A DNA stretch of 64,000 nucleotides from Elusimicrobiota bacterium. Its GTDB lineage: Bacteria; Elusimicrobiota; Elusimicrobia; UBA1565. The notes beneath the pieces are model-generated. The model was not told the origin of the DNA and did not search any database. It was given only the letters and a program-made list of their open reading frames with translations. The stretch is taken from contig JBDRPD010000105.1 of assembly GCA_043827405.1 (NCBI GenBank), positions 1 to 64,000 on the forward strand. Reading direction: 5' to 3'. Below, one piece after another: positions 46,877-56,104 of the stretch (position 1 is its first letter; each line of letters begins with the position of its first letter). Both the position numbers and the translations under genes were made by a program.

Positions 46877-47194
46877 ATGGCTAGGTTTACAGCGGAAGGA
46901 GTGGACATCGAGGTTGACGAAGACGGTTTCATGATGGAGCCCGAGACGTGGAACGAGACCGTCGCAAAGGCGCTGGCGGTTACCGAGGGAGTCAACGAGA
47001 TGACCGAGGATCATTGGAAGCTCGTCAACTACCTTCGGGACTACTACCAGAAGTTCGGTATCGCCCCGATGATCCGCAAGCTCTGCAAGCAGACCGGTTT
47101 CCCGCTGAAGAGGATTTACGAGCTGTATCCTTCCGGGCCGGCCAAGGGCGCCTGCAAAGTCGCGGGTTTGGCGAAGCCTACGGGCTGCGTCTAG
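46877..47194 (+). CDS. dsrC: DsrC sulfur carrier
   Basis: VDEDGF, HWKLVNYLRDYY, C-terminal GACKVAGLAKPTGCV with both conserved Cys. Confidence 0.97.
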   Translation: MARFTAEGVDIEVDEDGFMMEPETWNETVAKALAVTEGVNEMTEDHWKLVNYLRDYYQKFGIAPMIRKLCKQTGFPLKRIYELYPSGPAKGACKVAGLAKPTGCV

Positions 47195-47267
47195 TACGTA
47201 ACTGGTAAAAAATAAGACGTCGTCTGGGGGGCCGCAACTCCCCCCTTCGGCGCGCCATGAGCGACCT

Positions 47268-47828
47268 ATGGCGTTGAACGACCTGTTAGCCAACAGCAAA
47301 AAGGACATCGTCGGGTGCTGGTTCGATAAGACCATCCGGTCCTATCGGCCGGAGACCGCGCGGTTCCTCAAGCGCGAGAAGGACTCCTTCAGCAATCCCG
47401 TCGGCAGCCATACCGCCGCGGGGCTGGAGGAGGTCTTCGACGCGTTATGCGCGGACGGCGAGAAGGGCTCCGCGCTGCGGCGCGAGGGGCTCGAACGGAT
47501 CATCAAGATCCGCTCGGTTCAAGACTTCACCCCGGCGCAGGCCGTGGCGTTTGTCTTCCAGCTCAAGAGCGCTGTCCGCGAGACGCTCGCCGGCGCCCTG
47601 CGCAGCGAGCGCATCTTGTCCGAGCTGGCGGGATTGGATGCCCGGATCGACGGCCTGGCGCTGGAAGCGTTTGACGTCTACATGCGGTGCCGTGAGCGCC
47701 TTCATGAGATCAAGACGGGTGAGATCAAGCGGCAGTCGCAGGTGCTTTTCGAACGCGCCGGCGGACCGTGTGCTATGGCGGAGAAAGGGAACGGCTCATG
47801 CGGCCAGGCGGGAGAGAACTGTTCATGA
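47268..47828 (+). CDS. dsrT: DsrT (RsbRD N-terminal-like)
   Basis: FSNPVG, IIKIRSVQDFTPAQAVAFVF.LK, AFDVYMRCRE; precedes dsrM. Confidence 0.92.
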   Translation: MALNDLLANSKKDIVGCWFDKTIRSYRPETARFLKREKDSFSNPVGSHTAAGLEEVFDALCADGEKGSALRREGLERIIKIRSVQDFTPAQAVAFVFQLKSAVRETLAGALRSERILSELAGLDARIDGLALEAFDVYMRCRERLHEIKTGEIKRQSQVLFERAGGPCAMAEKGNGSCGQAGENCS

Positions 47829-48820
47829 ACGCAATATACTCATTACTTATCGTCGCCCTGCTGCTTATTCTCGTGGTGGGGAGCGCGGGGCTGGGAGCTT
47901 TCCCGACCCTGTTCGGGGTGGTGATCCCCTACGCGGCGTTCGCCCTGTTTGCGGTGGGCTTCGTCTACAAGATCCTCCACTGGGCGTCGGTTCCGGTTCC
48001 GTTTCGTATTCCCACGACCAGCGGCCAGCAGAAGTCGCTGCCCTGGATCAAGAGCAGCTACTTTGACAACCCGCACAATACCCTGGGAGTCATCGGCCGG
48101 ATGGCGCTCGAGGTCCTGTTTTTTCGTTCGCTGTTCAGCAACTCGCGCTCCGAACTGCGGCCCGGACTGCGGCTGACCTATGCCGAAAGCAAATGGCTGT
48201 GGGCCGGCGCCATGGTTTTTCACTGGTCGTTTCTGGTCATCCTGCTGCGTCACTTCCGTTTCTTCGTCGAGCCGGTGCCGCGGTTCGTCCACATTCTGCA
48301 GTTCTTCGACGGCTTCTGGCAGATCGGCGTGCCGATCTTCTATGCGAGCGGCGCGGCGCTGATCGCGGGCGCCGGCTATTTGCTGCTGCGGCGGCTCGCG
48401 ATTCCTCAGATCCGCTATATCTCGCTGCCGGCGGACTACTTTCCCCTGTTTCTCATTCTGGGGATCGCCGGCTCGGGAGTCAGCATGCGCTACCTCACCA
48501 AGGTGGACCTCATCGCCGTCAAAGAGCTGACCATGGGGCTTATGAGCTTTCAGCCCGCCGCCGTCGGCGGGATTGGGATGGTGTTCTACATCCATCTCTT
48601 TTTCGTCTGCGCTCTGATCGCCTATTTCCCGTTCAGCAAGCTGATGCACCTGGGCGGCATCTTCCTGAGCCCCACCCGCAATATGGCGAACACCAACCGC
48701 ATGCAGCGGCATATCAACCCCTGGAACAACCCGGTCAAGGGGCATACGTACGAGGAATACGAGGACGAGTTCCGTGATCTCATGAAGGGCGCCGGACTGC
48801 CCCTGGAGAAGGAAAAGTAA
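47825..48820 (+). CDS. dsrM: DsrM cytochrome b subunit
   Basis: PVPFRIPTT.GQQ, FHWSF..LRH, YIHL...YFPFSKLMH (four His). Confidence 0.96.
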   Translation: MNAIYSLLIVALLLILVVGSAGLGAFPTLFGVVIPYAAFALFAVGFVYKILHWASVPVPFRIPTTSGQQKSLPWIKSSYFDNPHNTLGVIGRMALEVLFFRSLFSNSRSELRPGLRLTYAESKWLWAGAMVFHWSFLVILLRHFRFFVEPVPRFVHILQFFDGFWQIGVPIFYASGAALIAGAGYLLLRRLAIPQIRYISLPADYFPLFLILGIAGSGVSMRYLTKVDLIAVKELTMGLMSFQPAAVGGIGMVFYIHLFFVCALIAYFPFSKLMHLGGIFLSPTRNMANTNRMQRHINPWNNPVKGHTYEEYEDEFRDLMKGAGLPLEKEK

Positions 48821-50448
48821 TGGCTGAGAATCACCCGAAACCCGAAGAGCTGGCCAGTATCGACTATGCGCCCCCGGAACAGCCTTGGCTGGACCCGCGC
48901 GTCAATATCCGCAAGGGCATGTACAATTACGGCGCCCAGCCCAAAAGCGCCGAGTACTTGAGTCAGCCGCATGTTAAAAAGTGGATGCCGACCGACGACG
49001 ATTGGCAGCTGCCGGAGAACTGGAAGGAGATCGTCATCGAGGGGCTGCGTGCGCAGCTGAAGAAGTACCGCGCCCTCCAGGTCTTTATGGATATCTGCGT
49101 GCGCTGCGGCGCCTGCGCCGACAAGTGTCATTTCTTTATCGGCTCGGGCGATCCCAAGAATATGCCGGTCCTGCGGGCGGAGCTGCTGCGCTCGGTATAC
49201 CGCAATGACTTCACGACCGCCGGCAAGCTTCTCGGCGGCATCGCCGGAGCCCGCGCGTTGACGCCGCAGGTTATCAAGGAGTGGTTCATCTACTTCTACC
49301 AGTGCACGGAATGCCGCCGCTGTTCGGTCTACTGCCCTTACGGCATCGATCAGGCGGAGATTACCATGGCGGGCCGCGAGCTCCTGAACCTGCTGGGGCT
49401 GGGCATCGACTGGATCACTACGCCGGCCGCCAACTGCTTCCGGACCGGCAACCATCTGGGCATTCAGCCGCATGGCTTCAAGGACAGCATCGAATTTGCC
49501 GTCGACGACGTGAAGGATATTTACGGCGTCGATATCGATGTTTCGATCAACCGCAAGGGCGCCGAGGTGCTGCTGGTGGTGCCGTCGGCCGACTACTTCG
49601 GCGATCCGCACTACTTCGGCTTCCTGGGCTATCTGGCGCTGTTTCACGAGGTCGGCCTGGATTATACCTTCAGCACCTACGCCTCTGAAGGCGGCAACTT
49701 CGGGCTGTTCCATTCCGCCGATATGATGAAGCGGCTCAACGGCAAGCTCTACGCCGAAGCCAAGAGGCTCGGCGTCAAGTGGATGATCGGCGCCGAATGC
49801 GGCCATATGTGGCGGGTCCTGCACCAGTACATGGACACCATGCACGGGCCGGCCGACTTCATGGAGGTGCCGGTATCGCCGGTCACGGGGACGCGGTTCG
49901 AAAACGCCAAGTCTTCGAAAATTATCCATATCGCCGAGTTCACGGCCGACCTCATCAAGCATGACAAGCTCAAGCTCGATCCGAGCCGCAACGACAACTG
50001 GAAGGTCACTTGGCACGATTCCTGCAACCCGGCCCGGGCCATGGGCATCCTGGAGGAGCCGCGCTACATCCTCAACAAGGTCTGCAACAACTTCTATGAG
50101 ATGCCCGAGAACTGCATCCGCGAGCACACCTTCTGCTGCGGCAGCGGATCGGGCATCGGCACCGACGAGAACTTCGATGCGCGCATGCGCGGCGGCCTGC
50201 CGCGCGCCAATGCCGTGAAGTATGTCCACGAAAAGCACGGGGTGAACCTGCTGGCCTGCATGTGCGCGATCGACAAGGCGACGCTGCCCCCGCTCATGGA
50301 CTTCTGGGTGCCCGGAGTTCAGGTCGGCGCCCTGCATGAACTGGTCGGCAACGCCCTGGTCATGACGGGCGAGAAGCGGACGACCGACCTGCGCGGCGAC
50401 CCGCTGCCGGGAATGGAAGAGAAGGAGGAGGAGACGACCCATGCATGA
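48820..50448 (+). CDS. dsrK: DsrK HdrD-like catalytic subunit
   Basis: CVRCGACADKC, CTECRRCSVYCPYGID, ECGH, HDSCN, CCGSG. Confidence 0.97.
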   Translation: MAENHPKPEELASIDYAPPEQPWLDPRVNIRKGMYNYGAQPKSAEYLSQPHVKKWMPTDDDWQLPENWKEIVIEGLRAQLKKYRALQVFMDICVRCGACADKCHFFIGSGDPKNMPVLRAELLRSVYRNDFTTAGKLLGGIAGARALTPQVIKEWFIYFYQCTECRRCSVYCPYGIDQAEITMAGRELLNLLGLGIDWITTPAANCFRTGNHLGIQPHGFKDSIEFAVDDVKDIYGVDIDVSINRKGAEVLLVVPSADYFGDPHYFGFLGYLALFHEVGLDYTFSTYASEGGNFGLFHSADMMKRLNGKLYAEAKRLGVKWMIGAECGHMWRVLHQYMDTMHGPADFMEVPVSPVTGTRFENAKSSKIIHIAEFTADLIKHDKLKLDPSRNDNWKVTWHDSCNPARAMGILEEPRYILNKVCNNFYEMPENCIREHTFCCGSGSGIGTDENFDARMRGGLPRANAVKYVHEKHGVNLLACMCAIDKATLPPLMDFWVPGVQVGALHELVGNALVMTGEKRTTDLRGDPLPGMEEKEEETTHA

Positions 50449-50824
50449 TGCGGGCAAAATACTGGCCGGTCTCGTGATCTTCCTCGCGTTGCTGACCTCG
50501 CCGTTGTGGTACAACGCGGCCAGCGGCCGGAGCGCCGCGCCGCCGCAGCCGGTGCTCCCCGTCGGCGAGACGCAATGCGTCGCCGCCAAGGACTATATGC
50601 GGGCGAACCATATGAACATGCTCAACGAATGGCGGGACCTGGTCGTCCGCGAGGGCCAGCGGACGCATGTCACGCCGGACGGGCGGAAGTTCGAGATGAG
50701 CCTGACCCGGGGCTGCATGAAGTGCCACACCAACCGGCAGGAGTTCTGCGTCAAATGCCATGACTACTCCGGGGTCACGGAGTACTGCTGGGACTGCCAC
50801 GTCGAGCCGGAGAGGGTACAGTGA
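50441..50824 (+). CDS. dsrJ: DsrJ triheme cytochrome c
   Basis: MRANHM.ML.EWRD.VVR; CMKCH, CVKCH, CWDCH. Confidence 0.95.
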   Translation: MHDAGKILAGLVIFLALLTSPLWYNAASGRSAAPPQPVLPVGETQCVAAKDYMRANHMNMLNEWRDLVVREGQRTHVTPDGRKFEMSLTRGCMKCHTNRQEFCVKCHDYSGVTEYCWDCHVEPERVQ

Positions 50825-51594
50825 TGGATAGAAAACAGTTTCTCAAGCTGGCCGGCCTGACCGCCGTCGCCGGGGCGGTCGGCAAATTGCCGCTGGTCGC
50901 GAAAGCCGCGGGCGGCGGACATTCCGGCGGGCGCCCCCAGGGATACGGCAAGCGCTACGCGATGGCTATCGATCTCGGCAAGTGCCGCCAGGAGAAGGGC
51001 TGCACCCGCTGTTTCGACGCCTGCCATGCGGAGCATAACGTTCCCGATTTCGGCAACAAGAAAGACGAGATCAAGTGGATATGGAACGAGCCGTACGGGA
51101 ATGTTTTTCACGAGCAGGGCCACGAGTTCCTGCCCGAGGAGCTGCGGCAGGGGCCGGCCCCGATCCTGTGCAATCACTGCGACAGCCCCGCCTGCACCAA
51201 GGTGTGCCCGGTACAGGCGACCTGGAAGCGCAAGAGCGACGGCGTCGTGATGATGGACTGGCACCGCTGCATCGGCTGCCGCTACTGCATCGCCGCCTGT
51301 CCCTACGGGGCCCGGAGCTTCAATTACCGCGACCCGCGGCCGTTCATTAAGAAGCTCCGCAAGGAGTTTCCCACCCGCACCAAAGGCGTGGTGGAGAAGT
51401 GTAATTTCTGCGAGGAGCGGCTGGCCAAGGGCCAGGGGCCGTCGTGCGTGGAAGCGTGCAAGGCCCAGGCCCTCACCTTCGGCAACCTCGATGAGCCGGA
51501 TTCTGAGATACGCAAGCTGCTCAGCTCGAGGTATACCGTCAGGCGCAAGGCCGGGCTCGGGACCGGCCCGCAGGTCTACTACGTGATGTCATGA
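50821..51594 (+). CDS. dsrO: DsrO periplasmic Fe-S protein
   Basis: Tat-like DRKQFLK; CNHCDSPACTKVCP, CIGCRYCIAACPY, CNFC. Confidence 0.93.
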   Translation: MMDRKQFLKLAGLTAVAGAVGKLPLVAKAAGGGHSGGRPQGYGKRYAMAIDLGKCRQEKGCTRCFDACHAEHNVPDFGNKKDEIKWIWNEPYGNVFHEQGHEFLPEELRQGPAPILCNHCDSPACTKVCPVQATWKRKSDGVVMMDWHRCIGCRYCIAACPYGARSFNYRDPRPFIKKLRKEFPTRTKGVVEKCNFCEERLAKGQGPSCVEACKAQALTFGNLDEPDSEIRKLLSSRYTVRRKAGLGTGPQVYYVMS

Positions 51595-51601
51595 GGAACT
51601 T

Positions 51602-52762
51602 ATGCTGCTAGAGAAGGCGCTCATCGGAAGCAAGAAGTACTACCTGTGGATGGCATTTTTGGCCGGCGTGATCGGCGTGGGAATGCTGTTCTACCTCAAG
51701 CAGTTCTGCTACGGCCTGGGAGTGACGGGTCTGAGCCGCGATGTCTCTTGGGGCTTCTATATCGCGCAGTTTACCTTTCTCGTCGGCGTGGCGGCGTCGG
51801 CGGTCATGGTGGTGCTGCCGTACTACCTGCACGACTATAAGGCATTCGGCAAGATCACGATCCTCGGCGAGTTTATCGCCGTCCCGGCCGTCATCATGTG
51901 CCAGCTGTTTATCTTCGTCGATATGGGCCAGCCGCTGCGCCTTATGAACGCGATGCTGTACCCCACCCCGGGATCGATGATCTTTTGGGACATTATCGCG
52001 CTGTCGGGCTACCTGGGGCTTAACTTGCTCATCGGTTTCGTGACGCTCAGCTGCGAGCGCAAAGACGTCCCCCCTCCGTCCTGGATCAAGCCGGTGATTA
52101 TTCTGTCGATCCCGTGGGCGGTCAGCATCCATACGGTGACGGCGTTCCTCTACTCCGGCCTCGCGGCCCGGCCGTTCTGGATGACCGCGGTGCTGGCGCC
52201 TCGCTTCCTGGCTTCCGCCTTCGCCGCCGGTCCGGCGCTGCTGATCCTGCTCTGCCTGGTGCTGCGTAAGATCTCGAAGTTCGACGCCGGTGAGCAGCCG
52301 ATCCAGAAACTGGGCGTCATCGTAACCTACGCTATGGTGGCGAACGTCTTCTTCGTGCTCATGGAGCTCTTCACCGCCTTCTACAGCGGTATCCCGGAGC
52401 ATATGGCGCACTTCGAGTTCCTGTTTGTCGGCTTGGCCGGCAACACCACCTTGGTCCCTTGGATGCGGACTTCCGCGGTGCTGGGGCTGCTGTCTTTGGG
52501 TCTGCTGCTGTGGCCGGGGATGCGCCGCAAAGAAGGCGTTCTCGCGGCCGCCTGCGTCATGGTCTTCGCCTCATTGTGGATCGACAAGGGGCTGGGCATG
52601 ATCATCGCCGGCTTTATTCCGTCTCCGCTGGGCACCATCCCGATGTACTGGCCGACCATGCCCGAGCTGATGGTCAGCCTCGGCATTTACGGGATCGGGG
52701 CGTTTATCCTCAGCGCTCTCTACAAGATGGTCCTGACCATGCGGGGGCAGGTCGCGGCGTAA
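51602..52762 (+). CDS. dsrP: DsrP NrfD/PsrC-family membrane protein
   Basis: GLSRDVSWG.YIAQFTFLVGVAA, IPWAVSIHTVTAF, APRFLASAF. Confidence 0.95.
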   Translation: MLLEKALIGSKKYYLWMAFLAGVIGVGMLFYLKQFCYGLGVTGLSRDVSWGFYIAQFTFLVGVAASAVMVVLPYYLHDYKAFGKITILGEFIAVPAVIMCQLFIFVDMGQPLRLMNAMLYPTPGSMIFWDIIALSGYLGLNLLIGFVTLSCERKDVPPPSWIKPVIILSIPWAVSIHTVTAFLYSGLAARPFWMTAVLAPRFLASAFAAGPALLILLCLVLRKISKFDAGEQPIQKLGVIVTYAMVANVFFVLMELFTAFYSGIPEHMAHFEFLFVGLAGNTTLVPWMRTSAVLGLLSLGLLLWPGMRRKEGVLAAACVMVFASLWIDKGLGMIIAGFIPSPLGTIPMYWPTMPELMVSLGIYGIGAFILSALYKMVLTMRGQVAA

Positions 52763-52811
52763 GGATCAAGGCATCGACTCGCGAACAAGCCCCTGGATCC
52801 GCTTGGGAATG

Positions 52812-53726
52812 TCAGACGCGATTATGGACCCTCGATAGTCGAAAACTCTTGCGGAGCATATTCGCGATCGGGTTGAGCCTTAGGCGATCCGCGAACGTAA
52901 CGAGATAGATGCTGTCATGTATTCCTGCTAAGCATCCATCGCCGACAACAGCCAGCGCATTTTTTGGCCTGCTGGCGGAAAATGTATTGAAGTCTAGCGG
53001 CGCGATCCCATATCCTGCAATTGCGAGACGACGCGCATCTTCAACGTTCTGAACTTCGGCCACGACGCGCGGTTTGATGCTGTGCTGCGAAAAATAAGCT
53101 TGCAGCAATCGGAAGACATCACCGGGCACTCTAGGCAGCAGCATCGGAGCGCCGTCAAGATCTTTCGGTAGTCGAGAGTATTGTCTGGCGATAGCCGGCT
53201 TGGCCGCTAAAAGAATGGGGATCATCCCAATACGAAGAACGTTGAACCGCGAATTAGGTCCTACTGAAAAACAGTCATCGCTCAGCACAATATCCAAACG
53301 AAACTCCCGCAAGTCGAGCAGCAGCTGTTCAAATGATGCCTCATGGCAGGTTATTTGGACCTCCGGATAGGCCTCGAGTATGCGGCACAGCATCGCATGG
53401 GTGAATGTCCTCGGAATGCCCGTCACGATGCCCACTTGAATAGAGAGACTGCTTTGCGACGGGCGGTCGCGTAGGTCGTCCGCCAGCTCCTGCCCAATCT
53501 GAAAGATCGCCTCGGCGTAACGAAGTACGACGCGGCCCTCCTCTGTTAGTGAAAACTTGCGAGCATCGCGGTCGAATAATCTCCGGCCCATCGCCTTCTC
53601 GAATACTCGCAGCTGCGTGCTTAGCGTGGGCTGGGCAAGAAGGAGCTCCCTGCTCGCTTTGGCGATGCTTCCTGCCTTGGCGATCGAATAGAATAAATAC
53701 AAATGATGGTAGTTGATCCTATGCAT
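52812..53726 (-). CDS. LysR-family regulator, NhaR-like
   Basis: INYHHLYLFYSIAKAGSIAKAS..L.LAQPTLSTQL; LTEEG...YAEAIF. Confidence 0.88.
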   Translation of the reverse strand: MHRINYHHLYLFYSIAKAGSIAKASRELLLAQPTLSTQLRVFEKAMGRRLFDRDARKFSLTEEGRVVLRYAEAIFQIGQELADDLRDRPSQSSLSIQVGIVTGIPRTFTHAMLCRILEAYPEVQITCHEASFEQLLLDLREFRLDIVLSDDCFSVGPNSRFNVLRIGMIPILLAAKPAIARQYSRLPKDLDGAPMLLPRVPGDVFRLLQAYFSQHSIKPRVVAEVQNVEDARRLAIAGYGIAPLDFNTFSASRPKNALAVVGDGCLAGIHDSIYLVTFADRLRLNPIANMLRKSFRLSRVHNRV

Positions 53727-53831
53727 AGAATTTTTAGAACTCAGCCTCCTCTATTATCTAATTTACAATATACAACACTTCGACTATACTAGCGACAATC
53801 GGCATCTGCGGCGATTGTGAGGCGGGGATTT

Positions 53832-54263
53832 ATGAACGAGAAAACGAGGGCGAGGAGCAACCCGGCGGCGACGGAAGGCTTGCGTTCGGATGCGGACGCG
53901 CTTATGACGATCGCGATCATGGCCGCGTCGGCGAAGGGCGGCATGGAAATGCGGAAGTTGACGCGGCTGCAGGCGCTGGCCAGGCACAGCCCGGAATTTA
54001 GACATCTGCAGGATGTCAGCACCTATGTCTGCATTATGGTGGGGAAGACCGCTCGGGATAATAAAACCGCGGCGTTGCAGCGTTCCGTGGCGACACTGTC
54101 TTCCAGTCTCAGGAAGAAAGCATATGCCTGGGCGCGCGCAATGACTTCTGATAGCGAGACGGAGTCGGAAGATGAGGGTGAATTCCTGAACGTTCTGCGG
54201 CGGAGACTTAAAATACCGCATCAGGAGGAAGTACACCGCCTCTCGGGAGAGATCCATGGGTGA
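53832..54263 (+). CDS. TerB-like protein, divergent paralog
   Basis: Aligns by eye with the next gene (DALMTIAI, LRKKAYAWA, EGEFLNVLRRRLKI). Confidence 0.6.
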   Translation: MNEKTRARSNPAATEGLRSDADALMTIAIMAASAKGGMEMRKLTRLQALARHSPEFRHLQDVSTYVCIMVGKTARDNKTAALQRSVATLSSSLRKKAYAWARAMTSDSETESEDEGEFLNVLRRRLKIPHQEEVHRLSGEIHG

Positions 54264-54687
54264 GATGCTCGCGGGCACGGGTTCAAAACATAAATTGTCG
54301 GAGGCGGATGCGATTATGGCGATCGCAATCGGGGCGACTCTCTCGGATGGAGAATTGCAGGAACGCGAAATCGTGCGTCTGCGGATGCTGGCATATATTA
54401 ATCCCATGTATGACAAGATAGAGAACGTAGACGACTACATAGGCTCAATGCTGGAAGCGATTAAACGCGAGGGCTGGGGAGATGCGCTTGATTTTGCCGT
54501 TGCCGCGCTTTCCCCGCGGATGAAAGAAACGGCCTATGCGTGGGCAGCAGAGATCACTTTTTGCGATAGGAAGATGCATGAGGGCGAGCATCTGTACCTG
54601 CGTCAGCTTCGTAGACAGCTTGGTATCCACGGGACATTGGCGGGGAAGATTAAGGCGGTTACGGAAATTCGCAATCGAAGCGTCTAG
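54256..54687 (+). CDS. TerB (tellurite resistance) family protein
   Basis: SDGELQEREI, ETAYAWAAEITFCD..MHEGE..YLRQLRRQLGI. Confidence 0.78.
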   Translation: MGEMLAGTGSKHKLSEADAIMAIAIGATLSDGELQEREIVRLRMLAYINPMYDKIENVDDYIGSMLEAIKREGWGDALDFAVAALSPRMKETAYAWAAEITFCDRKMHEGEHLYLRQLRRQLGIHGTLAGKIKAVTEIRNRSV

Positions 54688-54703
54688 CAGGGATAAGTTT
54701 CCC

Positions 54704-54955
54704 ATGAGCCGAAAACAACCGAAAACTGTAGGCGTCGGAACACGGGTTACTTTTAGGAACGTGGGGACGGAGGAGGTTTCGAGCTATGTTCTGACTTCGT
54801 CCCTGAAAGCCGATCCAGCCGCCGGCATTATTTCAATCGCGTGTCCGCTGGCCCGAGGCATAGAAGGGTGCCGGGTGGGAGATAAGCCGTCGGTGGAATT
54901 GACTGAGGGGTTTATTATCGTTGAAATTCTTGATGTCAAAGCCGCAAAAGAATAG
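54704..54955 (+). CDS. GreA/GreB C-terminal-domain-only protein
   Basis: VGVGTRVTF, ADPAAGIISIACPLARGIEG..VGD, VEILDV; 83 aa, no N-terminal coiled coil. Confidence 0.75.
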   Translation: MSRKQPKTVGVGTRVTFRNVGTEEVSSYVLTSSLKADPAAGIISIACPLARGIEGCRVGDKPSVELTEGFIIVEILDVKAAKE

Positions 54956-55518
54956 TGATTCTCGGGGTCCATCATCGATGCGAATTTGTATTCTACATAT
55001 TGGCGATGGTCGTCGCTGTCGTCGTGATTGTGAGTGCCTTGGGCTGCGCAAAGTCTGAAGCTCAGTCGGAGGAGGAGGTATCGATCGGTTCCCGATACGC
55101 GCGGACTAAAGATCATACGCGGAAAGTTAAGATGATCCAATTATTCCTGATGTATTCCGGTCTCGACCCCGGATACGTCGACGGGGTGATGGGCGCCGGC
55201 ACCCGGGAAGCGGTTAAAGAATTTCAGACTTCCCGAGGCCTGCCGTTGTCAGGATTTATCAGCAAGCGGACGTTGCGCGAACTGGAGAGGGCAATAGGGG
55301 ATGACTGCCCGACTTCCGTCTGGGATGTGCAATTCGCCTTACGGGAAGCGGGTTTTGATCCGGGAATAATCGACGGGGGCATCGGCGACAAAACGAGGAA
55401 GCGAATTGAAGAGTTTCAGATGGATAACGGGTTGAAAGTCACTCGCACGATCAATCCTGATACTTGGTCGGAGCTTAAGAAATATCTCAAAACCGCCAAG
55501 TCCGCTGTGCCGAAATAA
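54955..55518 (+). CDS. Putative lipoprotein with two peptidoglycan-binding (PG_binding_1) repeats; start uncertain
   Basis: Lipobox ALGC; two Q..L...G.DPG..DG..G..TR..V..FQ...GL repeats. Confidence 0.8.
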   Translation: MILGVHHRCEFVFYILAMVVAVVVIVSALGCAKSEAQSEEEVSIGSRYARTKDHTRKVKMIQLFLMYSGLDPGYVDGVMGAGTREAVKEFQTSRGLPLSGFISKRTLRELERAIGDDCPTSVWDVQFALREAGFDPGIIDGGIGDKTRKRIEEFQMDNGLKVTRTINPDTWSELKKYLKTAKSAVPK

Positions 55519-55539
55519 ACGCAGTTGATGGGAGGGCGC

Positions 55540-56019
55540 ATGCTGAATTTTCCGAAGCCGTGCCGCCGGGAGAATGTCGAAACCGGCAAGAATTATCACC
55601 GTGTTAGGCGGGACGGCTTTACGCTGATCGAATTAATGATTGTGGTCGCAATCATCGGAATTCTAGCGGCGGTCGCTATACCGAAGTTCGCAGATCTGGT
55701 CCGCAAGTCCAACGAAGGAGCGACAAAGGGCAACCTGGGCGCCGTTCGCAGCGCATTAAGTATCTATTACGGAGACCAGGAAGGACTATACCCGAACACT
55801 CCTGCAGCGTTGACCACCGGCGGCGACTATATAGATATGATCCCCGAGGCGAGAACGCCGAGCTATCATGCAGACTCGGGTACTATCAGCCAAAGTCAGA
55901 GCACCAATGATACCGGCGGCTGGGGATATAACAATACCGCAGGCGCTGCTAACTTCGGCTTCCTTTTTGTAAACTGCTCGCATACAGATTCAAAAGGAAG
56001 CATCTGGAGCTCCTATTAG
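55540..56019 (+). CDS. Type IV pilin / pseudopilin; start uncertain
   Basis: G-FTLIELMIVVAIIGILAAVAIPKF prepilin cleavage motif. Confidence 0.88.
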   Translation: MLNFPKPCRRENVETGKNYHRVRRDGFTLIELMIVVAIIGILAAVAIPKFADLVRKSNEGATKGNLGAVRSALSIYYGDQEGLYPNTPAALTTGGDYIDMIPEARTPSYHADSGTISQSQSTNDTGGWGYNNTAGAANFGFLFVNCSHTDSKGSIWSSY

Positions 56020-56104
56020 CCCGCCGCAAACCCCGCAAAAAGTTGCGGGAAATTACTTGGTCAAGGATGTGCGCAGCGCGTACTGATCCGGGGATCCCCT
56101 CTGC

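Noticed and set aside
37393..50589. Long antisense ORFs (37393..40767, 41381..43723, 45116..46438, 48622..50589; also 15405..17633)
   Set aside because: Stop-poor shadows of high-GC genes with no recognisable motifs
56032..56049. CCCGCAA-AAAG-TTGCGGG hairpin as a terminator after the pilin
   Set aside because: 7-bp stem without a U-tract on the coding strand; insufficient support
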